From the NCBI GenBank assembly GCA_018971045.1, contig JAGWVF010000001.1, positions 11,480 through 75,479 on the forward strand: a DNA stretch of 64,000 bases, read 5' to 3'. The position numbers and the translations under genes were made by a program. Shown piece by piece: positions 59,924-64,000 of this stretch. Source of the DNA: Patescibacteria group bacterium (GTDB lineage Bacteria; Patescibacteriota; Minisyncoccia; Phycocordibacterales; Phycocordibacteraceae). The first letter of the stretch is position 1. Each line of letters opens with the position of its first letter. The notes under the pieces are model-generated. The model was not told the DNA's origin. It saw only the letters and a list, made by a program, of their open reading frames with translations, and made no database searches.

Positions 59924-59960
59924 ACGCACGCCGCAGCCGTCGCTGCGGCGTGCGTGTTTC
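59924..59960 (+). terminator. Palindromic terminator after the IS256 remnant
   Basis: CACGCACGCCGCAGC-CGTC-GCTGCGGCGTGCGTG, a perfect 15-bp stem, then TTT. Confidence 0.6.
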
Positions 59961-60280
59961 AGATAGATACGATGTCAGTACAAGTCAAGGTGCGCGGCCA
60001 AGAAATTGGCATTTGTTGGCATTTTCAGTCCGCAACCGCGAGGGTCGCTCAAAAGACTCGCCGAATCGCCAAAATGTCCTTGAACTGCTTGCTGGAATGC
60101 CGAAAACGAGACGCGAACCCGATACGCGGTCCCGTGTCTCATTTGTCTCATTCCGTGCATGACCACGAGGCCTCGAATGCAACCCGGCCACCCTCGCCAA
60201 ACGGCCCTTACGGGGCCTCGCTTTACATGGTTCAGAACCGCGAGGGGGCACAAATTCTCGGAGAGGAGTACCATGTCTCT

Positions 60281-61426
60281 ATGGAGCCCCTCGCCGCGCG
60301 GATACGACCCGATAAGATTGCCGACGTTGTCGGGCAAGAACGCCTCGTGGGAGAGGGGAGGCCGCTTCGCGCCGCGATCGAAAAAGGGCATCTCTTCTCT
60401 TTCATTCTCTGGGGCCCGCCCGGAACCGGAAAGACGACCATTGCGCGTATCTATGCTCGCGCCCAGGGCGCCGAACTCTTCGAACTTTCGGCCGTCTCGG
60501 CGGGGAAGGAGGATATTAAGAAGATCGTGGCTCCGCCGCGCGACAGGCAGAGACCGCTCGGCGAGCGCCCTAAGATTTTGTTCCTCGACGAGATCCATCG
60601 CTTTAATAAAAGCCAGCAGGACTTTCTCCTGCCCTACGTCGAGAGCGGAGAGCTCACCCTTATCGGCGCGACGACTGAGAATCCATCGTTCGAGGTTATT
60701 CCCGCACTCCTCTCGCGCTCGCGCGTTTTTGTGCTCGAGCCCCTTTCTCGCGAAGCGCTCCGCGCGATCGTAAGGCGCGCCAAGATAAAGATGGGAAGCG
60801 GCGCGCTTGATTGGCTCATAGGCTATGCTAACGGCGACGCGCGTAAGGCGCTCGGGATGGCGGAGGGCGCTCTCTCGCTCTATGGCGCCGTAACCGTGGA
60901 AACCTTAACCAATGCGCTCGAGTCGCCGCATCTGCGCTATGACAAAAAAGGCGAGGAACATTACGATACCGTAAGCGCGTTTATTAAGAGCCTGCGCGCG
61001 TCGCAGGCCGATGCGGCTCTTTATTATCTCGCGCGCATGCTTGAAGCTGGAGAAGATCCGCTCTTTATCGCGCGGCGGATGGTCGTTTTCGCGAGCGAGG
61101 ATGTCGGCCTCGCCCAGCCGACCGCGCTCGTGGTCGCTAACGCCGTCTTTCGAGCCTGCGAGACGATCGGGTACCCGGAGTGCGCGATTAATCTCGCGCA
61201 TGGCGCCGCGTATCTCGCAAGAGCGACAAAAGACCGCTCTTCCTATGATGCGCTCCGCGCGGCGCAGGCCGACGTGCAAGCCCTCGGGAATCTCCCGATC
61301 CCGAAGAAAATACGCAATCCCGTAACGAAGCTCATGAAAGAGCTTAACTATGGCGAGGGATATGAGAAATACGATCCCGAATCGTATCTTCCCGACAAGC
61401 TCAAGAAAAAGAAATACTTGAAATAA
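60281..61426 (+). CDS. rarA: Replication-associated recombination protein A (AAA+ ATPase RarA/MgsA)
   Basis: [22 protein letters not shown]..., [34 protein letters not shown]. The track ORF from 59954 runs through the upstream terminator. Confidence 0.85.
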   Translation: MEPLAARIRPDKIADVVGQERLVGEGRPLRAAIEKGHLFSFILWGPPGTGKTTIARIYARAQGAELFELSAVSAGKEDIKKIVAPPRDRQRPLGERPKILFLDEIHRFNKSQQDFLLPYVESGELTLIGATTENPSFEVIPALLSRSRVFVLEPLSREALRAIVRRAKIKMGSGALDWLIGYANGDARKALGMAEGALSLYGAVTVETLTNALESPHLRYDKKGEEHYDTVSAFIKSLRASQADAALYYLARMLEAGEDPLFIARRMVVFASEDVGLAQPTALVVANAVFRACETIGYPECAINLAHGAAYLARATKDRSSYDALRAAQADVQALGNLPIPKKIRNPVTKLMKELNYGEGYEKYDPESYLPDKLKKKKYLK

Positions 61427-61427
61427 C

Positions 61428-61457
61428 GCAAAACGGCGCCGAGGGACGCCGTTTTGC
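61428..61457. terminator. Bidirectional terminator between rarA and hup
   Basis: GCAAAACGGCG-CCGAGGGAC-GCCGTTTTGC. Confidence 0.6.
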
Positions 61458-61472
61458 GTGAGCGCAAAAACC

Positions 61473-61745
61473 TTATTTTATCGCGTCTTTCAGCGCCTTG
61501 GCGGGACGGAACTTCGCCGTACGCGTTGCGGCGATATGAATCGTCTCTCCGGTGCGCGGGTTGCGGCCCTGGCGCGCCGGACGAGCCTTCGTCGCGAAGA
61601 TGCCGAGGCCGGCGACCGACACCTCCTCGCCCGACTTCAGGCTCTGCACGATCGAATCGATCATGGTCTCGACAGCGCGCTCGGCATCGGCCTTGGTCGA
61701 ACCGAGAACGCCATGCACCTTATCGACAATGTCTGCTTTATTCAT
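61473..61745 (-). CDS. hup: DNA-binding protein HU
   Basis: 90 aa; MNKADIVDKV...GFGIFATKARPARQGRNPRTGETIHI. Confidence 0.9.
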   Translation of the reverse strand: MNKADIVDKVHGVLGSTKADAERAVETMIDSIVQSLKSGEEVSVAGLGIFATKARPARQGRNPRTGETIHIAATRTAKFRPAKALKDAIK

Positions 61746-61911
61746 GAGAATCTGCTATCTGCTAATCCCGCAGCCGAGAGAGGGCGGGCTTGAAGAAAGT
61801 ATAAGAATCTGGCTTTTTTGCGCAATGGGGCTTTACAACTGCGGGTGGACAACGTGAAATCACTCGCCTCACCCCTCGACCTCCTCCATTAGAGTGATAT
61901 AGTTAGACCAT

Positions 61912-62226
61912 ATGAGTTTCGAATCAGCGCCGCGCGGCCGCGAAGCACTCTCAACGGGAGAGGCGATCGCCGTGCAGATCCACTTGATGAAAGAAATGCT
62001 CCCTCCAAACCTTCAAATTGCCGTTGGAACCGGCGATGGAGAAAATGTGGGGATTGAAGATGCCCTTTTTGAGCGGTGGGCAGACAAATATTCAAAGCCG
62101 TTCAGTGATTTTTGCGACGAACACGCGGGAGAATCAGAGCTTATCGAGCACCTGAAGACCGACGCGCTCACTCCCGAAGAGACGGCAGAAGTGATCACCT
62201 ATCTCAGAGGAGACGATCGCCACTGA
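61912..62226 (+). CDS. Hypothetical small acidic protein
   Basis: 104 aa ORF in the intergenic gap between hup and rny; no homology recognised and no clear RBS. Confidence 0.3.
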   Translation: MSFESAPRGREALSTGEAIAVQIHLMKEMLPPNLQIAVGTGDGENVGIEDALFERWADKYSKPFSDFCDEHAGESELIEHLKTDALTPEETAEVITYLRGDDRH

Positions 62227-62340
62227 CTTATTTCCCGACTTGGTGCGAGCGCTCGACCGCACCTCATCTCGTTCGTCTCTTCAGTGGCGTATTCTGAAGA
62301 AAATATCGCGGCCTCTTCGAGGCCGCTCCTTCTTTCTTTA

Positions 62341-63870
62341 TTATCGTGCGAATTCGACCACGCGGTTCTCGCGGATGATATTCACCTTGATCTCGCCCGG
62401 ATACTTGAGCTCGTCCTGGATGCGCTTCGCGATGTCGCGCGCGAGAGTATGCATCGCGAGATCGGAGACCTTGCCAGGATTCACGAAGATGCGGATCTCG
62501 CGGCCCGCGGCGATCGCATAGACCTTCTCAACTCCTTCAAATCCGCCCGCGAGGCGTTCGAGATCGCCGAGGCGTTCGAGGTAGCGGTCGACGGTGTCGC
62601 GGCGCGCGCCGGGCCGCCCGCCCGAGATCGCATCGGCCACCTGAACGATGACGGCCTCGGGCGTCTCATACGGATATTCTTCGTGGTGCGACTGCATCGC
62701 CTGGATAATGCGGTAGTCCATGCCGAATTTCTCGAGAATACGCCGCCCGATCTCGACATGCGTTCCCTGCACCTCGTGGTCCACTGCCTTACCAATGTCG
62801 TGGAGCAGGGCGCCGGCGCGCGCGACGATCGGGTCGGCTCCGAGCTCGGTCGCGAGCATTCCCGCGAGGTGCGCCATCTCGATCGAGTGCGTAAGCACGT
62901 TCTGGCCGTAGCTCGTGCGGAAATGGAGCCGGCCAAGAAGCGCGATGAGCTTGGGGTCGAGGCCGATCACGCCCGCTTCGTACGCGGCGGCTTCGCCCTT
63001 CTGTTTGATAATATCGGCTATCTCGGCGCGCGTCTTCTCGACGATCTCTTCTATCTTGGCCGGTTGAATGCGGCCGTCGACAATGAGCTTTTCGAGCGCG
63101 ATCTTGGCGATGGCGCGGCGCAGAGGATCAAACGAGGAGAGGGTGATGCGGTCGGGAACGTCGTCAATGAGCACGTCGACGCCCGTCGCGCGTTCAAACG
63201 CCTTGATATTGCGCCCCTCTTTGCCGATAATTTTCCCCTTCACTTCTTCAGAGGGAATGGCGACCGAGAGCGACATCGTGTCGGTATTCACGGCGTTCCC
63301 GAGACGGTGGATGATGGAGGTGAGAATATTCTTCGCTTTGTCCTCGAGACGCTCGCGGCCGTGCGCCTCGAGCTTCTGAAGCCGGAGTAGAATTGAATCC
63401 TCATAGGCGCGCTCGATTTCCGCGAAAAGTTCCTCGCGCGCTTTTTCTTCAGTAAGGTGCGCGGCCTTGGCGAGCTCTCGGGTGCGCTCGATCGTGAGTT
63501 TATCGGTTTCTGATTTGGCGCGGACAGCCTGCTGTTCGCGCGCGCGCACTTCATCCTCCTTTTGGTCGAGATCCCGCTGGCGCGAATCAAGAAATTCCTC
63601 GCGCGCGGCGATCCTTTCCTCGCGCGCTCCGAGTTTGTCTTCGCGTTCTTCGATGGGCTCTAGACGCTCAGTTTCGATCACCTGGCCGCGGAACTGCGCT
63701 TCAGCGATGATCTTAGCCGCCCGTTCTTGCGCCTGGAGCAGTTTGTGTTTGATGTCGAGCTCGACGGAACCGCGGCTCGCGAGCCCGATAAGCACCCGGA
63801 GCACGTATCCGAGCGCGATGCCGCTGACGCCCGAGAGCGCGAGCATGATCAATATGATTTGGAGTGACAT
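62341..63870 (-). CDS. rny: Ribonuclease Y
   Basis: N-terminal TM, coiled coil, KH (GKIIGKEGRNIKAFERATGVDVLID), HD (HSIEMAHLAGMLATELGADPIVARAGALLHDIGKA). Confidence 0.9.
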   Translation of the reverse strand: MSLQIILIMLALSGVSGIALGYVLRVLIGLASRGSVELDIKHKLLQAQERAAKIIAEAQFRGQVIETERLEPIEEREDKLGAREERIAAREEFLDSRQRDLDQKEDEVRAREQQAVRAKSETDKLTIERTRELAKAAHLTEEKAREELFAEIERAYEDSILLRLQKLEAHGRERLEDKAKNILTSIIHRLGNAVNTDTMSLSVAIPSEEVKGKIIGKEGRNIKAFERATGVDVLIDDVPDRITLSSFDPLRRAIAKIALEKLIVDGRIQPAKIEEIVEKTRAEIADIIKQKGEAAAYEAGVIGLDPKLIALLGRLHFRTSYGQNVLTHSIEMAHLAGMLATELGADPIVARAGALLHDIGKAVDHEVQGTHVEIGRRILEKFGMDYRIIQAMQSHHEEYPYETPEAVIVQVADAISGGRPGARRDTVDRYLERLGDLERLAGGFEGVEKVYAIAAGREIRIFVNPGKVSDLAMHTLARDIAKRIQDELKYPGEIKVNIIRENRVVEFAR

Positions 63871-64000
63871 ACGCCCGTGTAGTTATCCCTCGCCCGGGAA
63901 GGGGAGAGAGGAGGGGGTTTAAAGAGAGGAGAGACGGAAAGGCGTCCGGAGCGGTCAGTCTGTCAGGCGGTATAGGGAGATAGTACGGTTAGTTGAAGAC

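Noticed and set aside
59954-60280. N-terminal 109 residues of the track ORF for rarA
   Set aside because: RarA homology begins at [11 protein letters not shown] (60281). The upstream part follows directly after a terminator palindrome and has no homology.
62284-63390. 368-aa plus-strand ORF
   Set aside because: Antisense to rny (RNase Y), which has clear KH and HD motifs.

Overview
High-GC (~60%) bacterial chromosome fragment with a streamlined, CPR/Patescibacteria-like gene set. All calls come from reading the sequence and six-frame translations. The sequence text and the ORF track disagree by 1 nt around 7.7 kb, so features not on the track may be off by 1-2 nt.

Layout, left to right:
- 0.5-12.8 kb, minus strand: spc/S10/str ribosomal operons (rplE ... 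rpsJ, tuf, fusA, rpsG, rpsL). Two opposite-strand genes break the array: a DUF4163/DUF3298 protein between rplB and rpsS, and a self-contained small-ORF cassette between fusA and tuf. An intrinsic terminator also separates rpsJ from rplC.
- 12.9-18.9 kb: a tight four-gene operon of secreted and polytopic membrane proteins of unknown function.
- 19-39 kb: housekeeping genes (ksgA, uvrD-like helicase, LysM-M23 peptidase, comM, DksA-like, NYN, rpsO, xerC/D, xth, pyrH, secDF, folD, glycosyl/sugar transferases, ftsW/rodA).
- 39.3-43.5 kb, minus strand: a 23S-5S rRNA unit with no linked 16S. The 23S carries two group I introns: one at E. coli position ~1931 encoding a LAGLIDADG homing endonuclease, and one ORF-less at ~2585. 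Both share the S-element 17-mer. A noncanonical tRNA-like element follows the 5S.
- 43.8-50.4 kb: surface protein, CCA-adding enzyme, four tRNAs (Arg-TCG, Gly-GCC, Pro-TGG, Gly-TCC), an HTH/LAGLIDADG-like protein, yraN and a trypsin-like protease.
- 50.3-59.9 kb, the most interesting stretch: next to tRNA-Gly(TCC) sits a large serine recombinase, then a lower-GC, island-like locus. It carries an MccF-like S66 LD-carboxypeptidase and a minus-strand operon (DUF62/SAM-hydroxide-adenosyltransferase-like, TauD-family dioxygenase, ileS, GTP-cyclohydrolase-II-like/HAD fusion split by an in-frame TAG). It is bounded on the right by a 5'-truncated IS256 transposase and a palindromic terminator.
- 60-64 kb: rarA, hup and rny.
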